In this document: positions 12,391-20,759 of the stretch, in pieces
Numbering within the stretch: position 1 is the stretch's first letter
How the letters are laid out: each line of letters begins with the position of its first letter
Program-made: the position numbers and the translations under genes
Notes under the pieces: model-generated
The model's database searches: none
What the model was told of the DNA's origin: nothing
The model's input: only the letters and a program-made list of their open reading frames with translations
NCBI GenBank assembly: GCA_965247415.1
Contig: OZ252007.1
Location: 2,416,416 to 2,480,415, forward strand
Direction of reading: 5' to 3'
From: Methylophilaceae bacterium
GTDB lineage: Bacteria; Pseudomonadota; Gammaproteobacteria; Burkholderiales; Methylophilaceae
DNA length: 64,000 nucleotides

Positions 12391-12903
12391 GATATTGCAT
12401 ATGCTGTAATAATCGTCTCATTAAATGGCACAGCGGGTTTTTATGATTAGCATATCCTTCGCAGTTCCTGCCGGCTGAAAGATTACCTCGGTAGCTGGCA
12501 GCATAAGTCAAGTTAGTAAAACCACCGCCATCAATCGAACCAGCCAAACGCTCAATGTCAATTGGCAAAACTTTAACGTGAACAATTACGAAACCGTTAA
12601 CTTCGAGCAACCTAACAAAGCGATAAGTTGTTTGCACTCATGTCTGAAGAGGGGTTTGAGATGCACTAAGAAGTCAGATTTATCAGAGGTCATCACTTTA
12701 CATAACAGCCTGAACTCTAGGTTAGTGAATATTCTAGTGGAAAGAGCCACACATAACTATAAAATGAAGCCAATTTCCTATTTGCTAATCAGTGACGATT
12801 GGCTCAAAAATCCCCAAAGCGGAAGTTCAAATATTTCTAGTCTATTACTTATTTTGATCTTAATTATTACTAATAGAAAATCATTTAATAACTATAAATT
12901 TAT

Positions 12904-13383
12904 TTATAACCCCAAATCACTAAGACTAGGATGGTCATCGGGTCGTCTTCCCTGTGGCCAATGAAAAAGTCGCTCAGACTCTTTAATCGTTAAGTTATTA
13001 ATGCTTGCAAAGCGCTTTTTCATCAGGCCGTTTTCATCAAACTCCCAGTTTTCATTGCCGTAAGAGCGAAACCAATTTCCTGCTTCGTCATGCCACTCAT
13101 AAGCAAATCTCACAGCGATACGGTTATCAGTAAATGCCCATAGCTCTTTAATTAGTCGGTACTCATGTTCTCGCGCCCACTTACGAGTTAAAAATGCTTC
13201 AATCTCTGCTCTGCCACGCGGAAACTCTGAGCGGTTTCTCCAAATGCTGTCTGGGGTATAGGCGAGAGCTACGCGCTTGGGATCACGCCCATTCCAACCA
13301 TCTTCTGCCATGCGCACTTTTTGAGAGGCAGTCTCGGCTGTAAATGGTGGAAACGGTGGGCGGCTTTCTGTAGGTGTATTCAT
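12904..13383 (-). CDS. DUF1348 (NTF2/SnoaL-like fold) protein
   Basis: 159 aa. The sequence (PPFT.ETA..KVR.AEDGWN.RDP..V.LAYT.DS.WRNR.EF..GR..I..FL..KW..E..YRL.KELW.F...RIAVRF.YE) is characteristic of the DUF1348 family. Confidence 0.8.
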   Translation of the reverse strand: MNTPTESRPPFPPFTAETASQKVRMAEDGWNGRDPKRVALAYTPDSIWRNRSEFPRGRAEIEAFLTRKWAREHEYRLIKELWAFTDNRIAVRFAYEWHDEAGNWFRSYGNENWEFDENGLMKKRFASINNLTIKESERLFHWPQGRRPDDHPSLSDLGL

Positions 13384-13431
13384 GTAAAAGCTCCTTGATG
13401 AATGAATGTAATAATAGATATTAAACTTCGG

Positions 13432-14028
13432 TTACATCCCAGGCATGCTAACGTATCTGGGTAGTGCTTTGAATCTGGCAAGCCAAGCAATAACAGAAGA
13501 AAAGCGCGATAGATCTACTTTGCCTTCATGCGCGAGGGCAATGTATGGATATAAGGCAATATCTGCAATCGTTGGTGCATCTAATGCTATCCAATCATGG
13601 TTGGTCAGCCGATCCTGCATAATGTTGAGCAACTTTTCTGTGATTTCTTCTGCCTCAACCGGGTTAATTAGTCGACCAAATTTATGATGAAGTCGCAATG
13701 CATTTGGGCCACGTACAATTTCATTGGCGGCGGTAAACAGCCAAGCCATGATTTCTGATAGACGGGCAGAATCGTTAGGCCACCAAACCTCGCCACCGTA
13801 ACGATGGGCTAGGTAGATTAGAATGGCCTGACTATCGCGAATGAGGGTGCCATCATCGTTAAGCACAGGCACTTGCCCGAGCGGGTTCATTGCAAGAAAG
13901 TCTCTGGATTTATGCTCAAGTGAGCTACCATTTACAAGGATGCTTTGGTAGTTTAAGCCTAAAAAACTGAGCATGAGCCGCACTTTGTGACAGTTACCTG
14001 AGAGTGCAAATTCGTAGAGTTTAATCAT
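13432..14028 (-). CDS. glutathione S-transferase family protein
   Basis: The GST N-domain starts at MIKLYEFALSGNCHKVRLMLSFLGL.. and includes QVPVL..DG. The start is set to ATG 14028 because the ORF-track start at 14127 would overlap the upstream gene. Confidence 0.8.
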   Translation of the reverse strand: MIKLYEFALSGNCHKVRLMLSFLGLNYQSILVNGSSLEHKSRDFLAMNPLGQVPVLNDDGTLIRDSQAILIYLAHRYGGEVWWPNDSARLSEIMAWLFTAANEIVRGPNALRLHHKFGRLINPVEAEEITEKLLNIMQDRLTNHDWIALDAPTIADIALYPYIALAHEGKVDLSRFSSVIAWLARFKALPRYVSMPGM

Positions 14029-14050
14029 TGTGTTTCCTATTGTTTGCGTT

Positions 14051-15640
14051 TTATAAGTCGAGCACCAATTTAGGAGTGTTTGCTCGAGACACACAGATAC
14101 ACATCTTCTTGCCGTGTGTGCGTTCACGTTCGGTCAGAGCGGAATCAAGATGCAATGGCGAACCTTCTAACACGTTCACAGCGCAGGTGCCGCAATTGCC
14201 GACCTTGCATTCGGATAAGGTTTTTACCCCCGCAGCTTCTACCGCACTGAGTATGCTTTCATCGGGCGTTACGTATAGGGTTTTGCCAGAGCGACGTAAC
14301 TCAACTTCTATCGCTTGCGCATGAAGAGGCTCTGGCGCAGAAAAGCGCTCAAAACGTATTTGTGTCTCTGCGATGCCGAGCGACAATGCAGCCTGCTGAA
14401 CACCTTTGAGCAAGCGTTCTGATCCGCACACATAAAACAAAGCATCATGCGCGACTTCAGCCATGATTTTTTCAAGGTTAATCGCTTGCTGGGTAGAGAT
14501 ATGCAAGATCAGTCGTTCATCAAACTCATGCTGCAAAGCTTCAACATACGCCATTTCATTCTGCGTGCGGCCGATATAGTGCAAATGAAAAGCGTGACCG
14601 CTTTGTTTAAGTGTTCTCGCCATAGCTAAGATGGGGGTAATGCCAATTCCCCCCGCAATAAGCACAGCGGGTATATCCTCACTTTGTAATGCAAAGTCAT
14701 TGCGTGGTAGTCCACAATGCAGTTGCATGCCTAGCTGATAGTGTTCGTGTATAAAGCGTGAGCCACCCTTGCCTTCAGCCTCATGCAATACCGCAATTTC
14801 GTAGAAATTATTTTGGCTAGGGTTAGAACTAATCGAGTAATTTCGCGTACTGGCTAGTCCATCCGCAAGCATGACTGGCACGCTTAAATGCACCCCTGCA
14901 CTTACTTTGGGCAGCGCTTCCCCAAGTGGGTGACGTAGCTGGTAGGCGCGTATCTTTGGGGTCAGTTGCTGCACGCTTGTAATCACCAGCGACAATTGGC
15001 CTTCCCCTAAAGTTTGCATTGGTGCTTGCCCTGAACTTTGCGCACGTAACTGTTGATTTTCTTCTATCAACGGCTTCAGCACCGCCTCCATTTCGGCCTC
15101 AGTATAGCGTGGGATAATGTGCTGCGGGCAGTTCCACTCCACGGCTTCTACTTGAATCAAAATACCGCGCTCAACACGCGCACGATAGCTCGGCATTTCA
15201 AGACGCGAGATGAGTTCTGGCTCTTCGTCTTGGTGGATGACCCTGGTGGATCCCCATATTTTTAGGCGACGGCGATTGGGATAATCCATCAAAATAATTG
15301 AAATGCGCGGGTTGGCGTTGAGGTTGCCCACGCTCAGATATTGTCGATTGCCTCGAAAATCAGCAAAGCCTATGGTGCGTGCGTCTAGCACTTTTAAAAA
15401 GCCTTGTGGGCCGCCACGGTGTTGTACATAGGGCCAGCCATTTTCGGAAATGGTCGCCATGTAAAGACTATCACGCGCTGCAATAAACTCAGCTTCAAAT
15501 GCGCCGATTTCATTTTTGGGATCATCCGCGAGCTCAAAACCAAGATTACTTTCACGGCTGCCGTAACGTGTTTGGGCCGCTTTGACGCTCTCAGTAAAAC
15601 TAATGGTGGCAAATGCGTTTGGCATATCAGGCCTCTTCAT
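14051..15640 (-). CDS. three-domain oxidoreductase: PNPOx-like FMN-binding domain + FNR-like FAD/NAD(P) domain + plant-type 2Fe-2S ferredoxin
   Basis: 529 aa. The N-terminus has the pyridoxamine-5'-phosphate-oxidase-like split barrel (GWPYVQHRGGPQGFLKVLD...FADFRGNRQY). The middle is a phthalate-dioxygenase-reductase-like flavin/NAD module (RNYSISS, IAGGIGITP). The C-terminus carries CKVGNCGTCAV...C. Confidence 0.8.
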   Translation of the reverse strand: MKRPDMPNAFATISFTESVKAAQTRYGSRESNLGFELADDPKNEIGAFEAEFIAARDSLYMATISENGWPYVQHRGGPQGFLKVLDARTIGFADFRGNRQYLSVGNLNANPRISIILMDYPNRRRLKIWGSTRVIHQDEEPELISRLEMPSYRARVERGILIQVEAVEWNCPQHIIPRYTEAEMEAVLKPLIEENQQLRAQSSGQAPMQTLGEGQLSLVITSVQQLTPKIRAYQLRHPLGEALPKVSAGVHLSVPVMLADGLASTRNYSISSNPSQNNFYEIAVLHEAEGKGGSRFIHEHYQLGMQLHCGLPRNDFALQSEDIPAVLIAGGIGITPILAMARTLKQSGHAFHLHYIGRTQNEMAYVEALQHEFDERLILHISTQQAINLEKIMAEVAHDALFYVCGSERLLKGVQQAALSLGIAETQIRFERFSAPEPLHAQAIEVELRRSGKTLYVTPDESILSAVEAAGVKTLSECKVGNCGTCAVNVLEGSPLHLDSALTERERTHGKKMCICVSRANTPKLVLDL

Positions 15641-15713
15641 CTTTAAATGTTATCTATGTGAGGATTATGGCAAGAACAACTCGCAATAAGAATACTCACG
15701 AAAGACAATTAAT

Positions 15714-15734
15714 TATTTCAATATTTGGAATAAT
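15714..15734 (+). promoter_or_regulatory. 21-nt AT-rich dyad-like motif TATTTCAATATTTGGAATAAT, near-identical to 19806-19826
   Basis: The two copies match at 8 + 9 flanking positions with a 4-nt central variation. This copy lies 74-94 nt upstream of the oxidoreductase start (15640). The other lies in the LysR divergent promoter region. Confidence 0.35.
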
Positions 15735-15748
15735 CTTTCTGAGTAGCG

Positions 15749-16222
15749 CTATTTTGTATTTTGCTGAAAGCGACTCAATAACCATGCATCCATTGAATAC
15801 TTACCAACGCCAGAAACTGCAATCATTGCAAATAGGCTGCCCCAAAGGATGTGTTGCGATAAGGCTACGGGCGGAATATCGACCAAGCTGATGACGGCCA
15901 TGCCATTCACAATACATAAACCGATAGCAGAAAACCGACCCAGCAATCCAGCCGTCAGCAAGATTGGTAAAAGTAATTCGCCACCTGTTCCCATCCATGC
16001 CGCCAGCTCGGGCGGGAGTAAAGGCACGTGGTACTCTTCATTAAATAAAAACAAGGTACTGTCCCAATCCCTCACCTTGGTGAGGCCTGATAAGAAGAAA
16101 ATCTTGGCTAGGTAAAGTCTAGCTATCAATAAGCCTAACGATGTGAGCTTTTCAAGTTGCCCTAGCAACATGTGCTGCCAGTGATAAACGCGGATAAATG
16201 ATGGTGTCTGAATTGTTTTCAT
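15749..16222 (-). CDS. DoxX-family membrane protein of the MNIO/bufferin-type operon
   Basis: Its ATG at 16222 overlaps the upstream stop (ATGA). It is a DoxX-like 4-TM protein (LIARLYLAKIFFLSGLTK) and the last gene of the DUF2282-DUF692-DUF2063-DoxX set. Confidence 0.8.
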   Translation of the reverse strand: MKTIQTPSFIRVYHWQHMLLGQLEKLTSLGLLIARLYLAKIFFLSGLTKVRDWDSTLFLFNEEYHVPLLPPELAAWMGTGGELLLPILLTAGLLGRFSAIGLCIVNGMAVISLVDIPPVALSQHILWGSLFAMIAVSGVGKYSMDAWLLSRFQQNTK

Positions 16223-16989
16223 AATGAATCTCCTAATTGATTTGAGGTAAAGCCTATGGCTAGGCATTGTTGTAATGCACTCTGCAACCAAGGTAATGTT
16301 TTTTCGCCCATGTTGGATGCCTCATTAATTGCATGCGCTAAGCTTTTGCCTTGTAATAGGCTTGAAAAAAACAAATACGCTTCGTGAGTAATGATGGAAA
16401 GTGACGCACGCCAATGCTCACGACTAATAAGCAGATACTGCTGCGCACCCTCCGATAAAGGTTGATTGGCCTGATCTAACCATGTTTCGCGATTTTCCTT
16501 AGCGTGATGGGCCTGCCAAATTTCCAAGAGTGGAAAGCGAGAGGCCATGACGGCCACATAATGTGTCGGGTTTAAATGCAAAAATTGCCCGTCTATGGCG
16601 TTAAGTAAGGCGATAGAAGCAACTGTATGTTCTGGTGTTGCAGCGCGTTTCAAGCGATGACAAAACCAATCAAGTTGTGCTACATCTGCCAGAAAAGGCA
16701 TGTCATGCAGAGTCTCTTGTTGTGATAGCCATTTCGCCAGATGCTCACCCCATTCACCCCAATCGCCAGTGTGCAATGGATGCGCATCATAATAAAGTGC
16801 AGCCACAGCTTGCAGCCCTTCTGCACCAAGCAGTTGATCAAGTGTAGGAAAGCTAATGTCGAGCGTACGTGAAGCGCTTGCAAGCAGGTTGCTGCGATAA
16901 ACCAGAATGCCTTTTGGCGGTATTGCGGCAGTTTTGTGTGCAATAGAACGCGCAAATTGTTCTGGTGAACCGTCAATCACGCTGATCAT
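16219..16989 (-). CDS. DUF2063-domain RiPP maturation partner (BufC/HvfC-like)
   Basis: 256 aa from ATG 16989, which forms an ATGA overlap with the MNIO gene stop. It has the DUF2063 hallmark ..LVYRSNLLASASRTLDISFPTLDQLLG. Confidence 0.8.
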   Translation of the reverse strand: MISVIDGSPEQFARSIAHKTAAIPPKGILVYRSNLLASASRTLDISFPTLDQLLGAEGLQAVAALYYDAHPLHTGDWGEWGEHLAKWLSQQETLHDMPFLADVAQLDWFCHRLKRAATPEHTVASIALLNAIDGQFLHLNPTHYVAVMASRFPLLEIWQAHHAKENRETWLDQANQPLSEGAQQYLLISREHWRASLSIITHEAYLFFSSLLQGKSLAHAINEASNMGEKTLPWLQSALQQCLAIGFTSNQLGDSL

Positions 16990-17846
16990 GATGTAAGCAC
17001 CCCTTGCAAGATGCTCCGTGCGATTTGTGCTTCGGCGACCAAGGCTTCCCAGCTTGGCAAATCGTTGTCCCATTCAATCAGCGTGGGTATTGCGCCAAAG
17101 CGTTTTAAAGCCAAACGATAAGCCTGCCAAACGGTTTCAGATACAGGGTGACTGTGATCATCAATCATCAGCTCGCCTTCGGCTGGTGGCGTGCATCCAG
17201 CAAGATGTATTTCACCAACAACGGTTATGGGGATAGACGCTATCCACTGGCTTACATATTCAATTGGGTTTGGGATAGCGCTATTTGTCGCATTCACGAC
17301 CAAATTATTTAAATCCAACAACAGACCACAACCAGTGCGTTGCGTTAGCTCGGTGAGGAATTCTGTTTCAGACATACTACTGCTGCTAAACGCCACATAA
17401 GCAGAAATGTTCTCCACTAACATCTGTCTCTTTAAGCTGTTTTGTAGCGTATCAACGTTTTCACATAACGCGCCTAAACACGCCTCATTAAACGCTAACG
17501 GTAATAAATCGCCAGCATGCTGTAGTTCATCATGGTGCAGAGTCCATCCATGCGCAGCGTGGTCAGATACCAAAATAGGATTCGTGCGTTCCACTAAACG
17601 TTTAAGCTTTTGCACATGCTGTGGCGCTACACCCGCTTTTGAGCCAAGACCTAATGCCGTGGCGTGCAGACTGATGGGAAAACGAGCGGCCGCTTCATCA
17701 AGCACAGCGATGCTCGCACCCCCGTCTGCAAAAAAATTTTCTGCATGCACTTCCACAAAATCCACCAAAACATCAGAGTTAAGCGCAGCTTCATAATGCG
17801 GGCTTCTAAGACCAACGCCTATCATGTGTTGCGTAACGGTTTTCAT
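16986..17846 (-). CDS. DUF692 / MNIO (multinuclear non-heme iron oxidative) enzyme (BufB/HvfB/MbnB-like)
   Basis: 286 aa with a TIM-barrel DUF692 signature at the N-terminus (IGVGLRSPHYEAAL...VDFVEVHAENF), and later SLHATALGLGS, HLAG and LIEWD. Confidence 0.88.
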   Translation of the reverse strand: MKTVTQHMIGVGLRSPHYEAALNSDVLVDFVEVHAENFFADGGASIAVLDEAAARFPISLHATALGLGSKAGVAPQHVQKLKRLVERTNPILVSDHAAHGWTLHHDELQHAGDLLPLAFNEACLGALCENVDTLQNSLKRQMLVENISAYVAFSSSSMSETEFLTELTQRTGCGLLLDLNNLVVNATNSAIPNPIEYVSQWIASIPITVVGEIHLAGCTPPAEGELMIDDHSHPVSETVWQAYRLALKRFGAIPTLIEWDNDLPSWEALVAEAQIARSILQGVLTS

Positions 17847-17871
17847 GGGCTGATACTGACTTCGTTAACGT

Positions 17872-18156
17872 TTAAGATTTTGTAGACTTAAACTTGGCCT
17901 TGGCTTCAGCATCCACCAGACCATTCAGTGATTTGCATGTGCCTTTTGCAACCAGCTTCCACTCGCCAATATCATTGTTTGTTTTGGACTGACCAGCACA
18001 CGAATGCGTACCTGCTAAATTGGCACAGTCGTTTTGCCCAGCCTTGACGATGCCGTAGCATTTTTCTTTGTTTGGGTCTGCGGCAAAACTGGTTGAAGAA
18101 ATGCCATTGGCAACTAAGCCAGCTAAGGCTGTTGCGAGGAATAATTGATGATTCAT
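17872..18156 (-). CDS. DUF2282 family secreted Cys-containing precursor (bufferin BufA1-type)
   Basis: Sec signal peptide (MNHQLFLATALAGLVANGISSTSFA) followed by the DUF2282 core EKCYGIVKAGQNDCANLAGTHSCAGQSKTNNDIGEWKLVAKGTCKSLNG, which has 4 Cys. An SD-like AAAGGA precedes ATG 18156. Confidence 0.85.
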   Translation of the reverse strand: MNHQLFLATALAGLVANGISSTSFAADPNKEKCYGIVKAGQNDCANLAGTHSCAGQSKTNNDIGEWKLVAKGTCKSLNGLVDAEAKAKFKSTKS

Positions 18157-18181
18157 GATAGTTCCTTTCATTGATTAAAAT

Positions 18182-18514
18182 TTAAATGCCAAAGCCTTCA
18201 TGATGAATGAGCCAACGATTAATCTCTGACTCCGCATGATGACCAACCATTGTGTCTACTAGCTCGCCGTCACGCAGTAGTACCAAAGTCGGCACGCTAC
18301 GCACATTGAAAAACGCGGCAATTTCTTCCTGTTGGTCTATATTCGTTCTGGCAGCAAGCAAATTTGATTTGTAGCGGGATGCGACGCGCTCGAATACGAT
18401 GCCTAAACGTTGGCAAGAGGCGCAACAAGATGACCAAAAATCAATTAACACCCAGCGATGTTGCGTAGCTAGCTCGGCCAAGTGTTCAGTTTTATTAATA
18501 TGAATAATGCTCAT
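18182..18514 (-). CDS. thioredoxin-fold protein with atypical CASC active site
   Basis: 110 aa with the motif LIDFWSSCCASCQRL in the thioredoxin position and no signal peptide. It ends 10 nt upstream of the DUF2282 ORF. Confidence 0.7.
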   Translation of the reverse strand: MSIIHINKTEHLAELATQHRWVLIDFWSSCCASCQRLGIVFERVASRYKSNLLAARTNIDQQEEIAAFFNVRSVPTLVLLRDGELVDTMVGHHAESEINRWLIHHEGFGI

Positions 18515-18570
18515 TTCAGGCTCCTTAAGCTCTGAGCCATCTCAAATGACAAGATGGCTCAGATGATGTC

Positions 18571-19074
18571 TTACAAGTCTTTAGGGGCTTTGTTACGAAG
18601 TTGTGGCCACTCTGACTCAGCTTTTGTCAAATTACCTGGCACGTCTTCTAACCATTTAGTCTGTACTTCTTTGTTAAGGTTGAGGTAGAGCTTGTTGTCC
18701 ACCACACGCCATGCTTGTGGGTCGCCATCAAGCTTTTTACCTAATGCCACGCCCATTGCACAAAAGCCGCCGTACTGAGGTACAAATTTTTCTGAATTTG
18801 CCTTAAATGCATCTCGGTTTTTTGCATTGGCAAAATGGTAGGTTGCGCCTTTGTAAGATGCGGTGAATTTATCGGAACCTTCTACTGGCGCGGCATTTGT
18901 AAAGTAAGCCACAGGGTCGTAGCCTTTAATCGCTACGCCTTGTTTATCCACATTGAGTGCGCTAGTAGAGGTTTCGTCATAGGCAAAGGCCAATTCAGGC
19001 ACAATGGTGACAAGGGTGCTGGTACTTAAAATCGCCGCTAATAGGAGGTGACGGCTAAAAAATTGGGTTTTCAT
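18571..19074 (-). CDS. secreted YHS-domain protein
   Basis: Signal peptide followed by VAIKGYDPVAYFT...KF.ASYKGATYHFANAKNRDAF..NPEKF.PQYGGFC, typical of YHS-domain proteins. Confidence 0.75.
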   Translation of the reverse strand: MKTQFFSRHLLLAAILSTSTLVTIVPELAFAYDETSTSALNVDKQGVAIKGYDPVAYFTNAAPVEGSDKFTASYKGATYHFANAKNRDAFKANSEKFVPQYGGFCAMGVALGKKLDGDPQAWRVVDNKLYLNLNKEVQTKWLEDVPGNLTKAESEWPQLRNKAPKDL

Positions 19075-19124
19075 AATGTGATCCTTTAAAAATAATGAGT
19101 GTTAATGAATAAAATACGCGTGTC

Positions 19125-19670
19125 TTAAGCCGCCACTTTTAATGCCACTTTTGGAAAATCAATATCTAATTGACTGGCTTTACCAATCATGTTGGTCAGT
19201 ACGTTCATGCCTACATGGGTAATAATCTCCACAATCTCAGCATCGCTGTAGCCAGCTGCACGTGCCTCAAGTAACTCCGCAGTCGTCACATCGCCAGTAT
19301 GTTCTGCAATTGAATTAGCCAGTTTGACGGCCACTGCAGCTTTTGCGTCTTGGCTAGTGCCGGCGCGATTTGCAGAGATTTCATCGCCAGTTAAACCAGC
19401 TTTGCGACCAATAGCGGTATGCGCGGATAAACAGTACTCGCAAGAGTTTTGTTGTGCCAAAGCTAGGGCGATACGTTCGCGGGTTTGTGGGTCTAGGCTG
19501 CCTTCATTCGCTATACCATGCAAACCTAAGAATGCACGTAATGCAGCAGGCGAGTTGGCGAATACTTTTAAAAAGTTAGGCACCATCCCTAGTTGTGATT
19601 GAATAGCATCTAGCAATGCTTTTTGCTCTGAATTTGCAGTTTCATTTGTAACAGTAGTAATACGGCTCAT
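19125..19670 (-). CDS. carboxymuconolactone decarboxylase / AhpD-like family protein
   Basis: 181 aa with the AhpD-type CxxC motif in context (QQNSCEYCLSAH). Confidence 0.8.
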   Translation of the reverse strand: MSRITTVTNETANSEQKALLDAIQSQLGMVPNFLKVFANSPAALRAFLGLHGIANEGSLDPQTRERIALALAQQNSCEYCLSAHTAIGRKAGLTGDEISANRAGTSQDAKAAVAVKLANSIAEHTGDVTTAELLEARAAGYSDAEIVEIITHVGMNVLTNMIGKASQLDIDFPKVALKVAA

Positions 19671-19805
19671 GATTTCATTCCTTTTAAAAATAAGATTAAA
19701 TTAAATAGTCGCTTTATGTTGTGTAGCTGTTTGGTACCGTTTAGCGAGTGAGTGCATTGTTCCATCTTTCATTTAGTTAAAGAATATGCAAAAATAACAA
19801 TAAAC

Positions 19806-19826
19806 TATTTCAAATATTGGAATAAT
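19806..19826 (+). promoter_or_regulatory. 21-nt motif TATTTCAAATATTGGAATAAT (partner of 15714-15734)
   Basis: Lies in the 160-bp divergent region between the AhpD-like gene (start 19670, minus) and the LysR gene (start 19831, plus). Confidence 0.35.
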
Positions 19827-19830
19827 TAAG

Positions 19831-20736
19831 ATGGCGGTAGATCGACTTTTATTGATGACGGTGTTTGTGGCAGTGGCCGAAGAGGAAGGATTTGCTGGAG
19901 CAGCGCGGCGTTTGAATATATCGCCGCCCGCAGTGACTAGAGCAATTGCCACATTAGAGCAACACTTGGGGATTAAACTCTTAAATCGTACAACACGTTA
20001 TGTGCGTGTGACGGAAGCTGGTCAGCGTTATCTGGAAGATGCCAAGCGGGTAATCGCGGCAGCAGATGAAGCCGACGAGTCTGTGGTGGGGCTCAATGCG
20101 GAGCCACGCGGACATATCGTCGTCACAGCGTCTGTGCTTTTCGGGCGTTTATACGTGATGTCAGGCATTGTGGACTATATGAAACGCTATACGCAGATGG
20201 AAGTGTCGGCCTTGTTTGTGGACCGCGTCGTCAATATGTTAGAAGAAGGAGTGGATGTCGCTATCCGTATTGGTGAACTGCCAGACTCAAGCTATCGCGC
20301 CATTCGCGTGGGTTCAGTCAGAAGGGTCATGTGCGCTTCGCCAAATTATTTAGAGCAATATGGCATGCCAAAATCGCCTGAGGAGCTTGCGCAACATCAA
20401 ATTATTCTCGCGAGAGGGCTTAACCCGTCACCTGAGATTCGATTTGTAAAGAATGACGCTCCTCTAACAGTAAAAGTAAAACCCAGACTGATGGTGAGCG
20501 ATAATGATTCGGCGATAGAGGCTGCTGTAGAAGGCATGGGTATTACACGTTTGCTTTCTTATCAAATTGCACCACAACTCGCGGATGGCAGCTTGAAAAT
20601 TATTCTCAGTGAATTCGAGACGAAAGCTGTACCCGTGCATATCCTACATAATGAGGGTAGATATAGTTCGGCAAAAATTAGAACGTTTGTGGATTTGATG
20701 GCTGAGCGATTGCGTGCCGATACATCTTTAAATTAG
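19831..20736 (+). CDS. LysR-family transcriptional regulator
   Basis: N-terminal wHTH (FVAVAEEEGFAGAARRLNISPPAVTRAIATLEQHLGIKLLNRTTR) and a typical ~300-aa length. It is divergent from the minus-strand array. Confidence 0.92.
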   Translation: MAVDRLLLMTVFVAVAEEEGFAGAARRLNISPPAVTRAIATLEQHLGIKLLNRTTRYVRVTEAGQRYLEDAKRVIAAADEADESVVGLNAEPRGHIVVTASVLFGRLYVMSGIVDYMKRYTQMEVSALFVDRVVNMLEEGVDVAIRIGELPDSSYRAIRVGSVRRVMCASPNYLEQYGMPKSPEELAQHQIILARGLNPSPEIRFVKNDAPLTVKVKPRLMVSDNDSAIEAAVEGMGITRLLSYQIAPQLADGSLKIILSEFETKAVPVHILHNEGRYSSAKIRTFVDLMAERLRADTSLN

Positions 20737-20759
20737 TGAAATCCCTTTGGAGAGCTGCT

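Noticed and set aside
12810-12820. ATCCCCAAAGC 11-mer shared with repeat copy B (32278-32288), as a possible third copy of the 54-bp element at the edge of the GC-rich block
   Set aside because: Similarity does not extend beyond ~11 nt, which is compatible with chance.
12386-12964. ORFs 12386-12637 (minus, 83 aa) and 12578-12964 (plus, 128 aa) between the integrase remnant and the DUF1348 gene
   Set aside because: I recognise no family, they overlap each other, and they lie in what looks like degraded integrase or junction DNA. The minus-strand one might be a further integrase fragment, but I cannot support that by motif.
14029-14127. N-terminal 33-codon extension of the GST ORF
   Set aside because: It would overlap the 3' end of the upstream oxidoreductase gene by 77 nt. 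The GST fold begins at MIKLYEF (ATG 14028).
15613-16115. Plus-strand ORFs 15613-15891 and 15849-16115
   Set aside because: They overlap or lie antisense to the DoxX gene and the intergenic region that contains the 21-nt motif. I see no family signal.
17407-17796. 129-aa plus-strand ORF and neighbours (17018-17236, 17191-17400, 17664-17885)
   Set aside because: They are antisense to the DUF692/MNIO and DUF2063 genes, which have strong family signatures.
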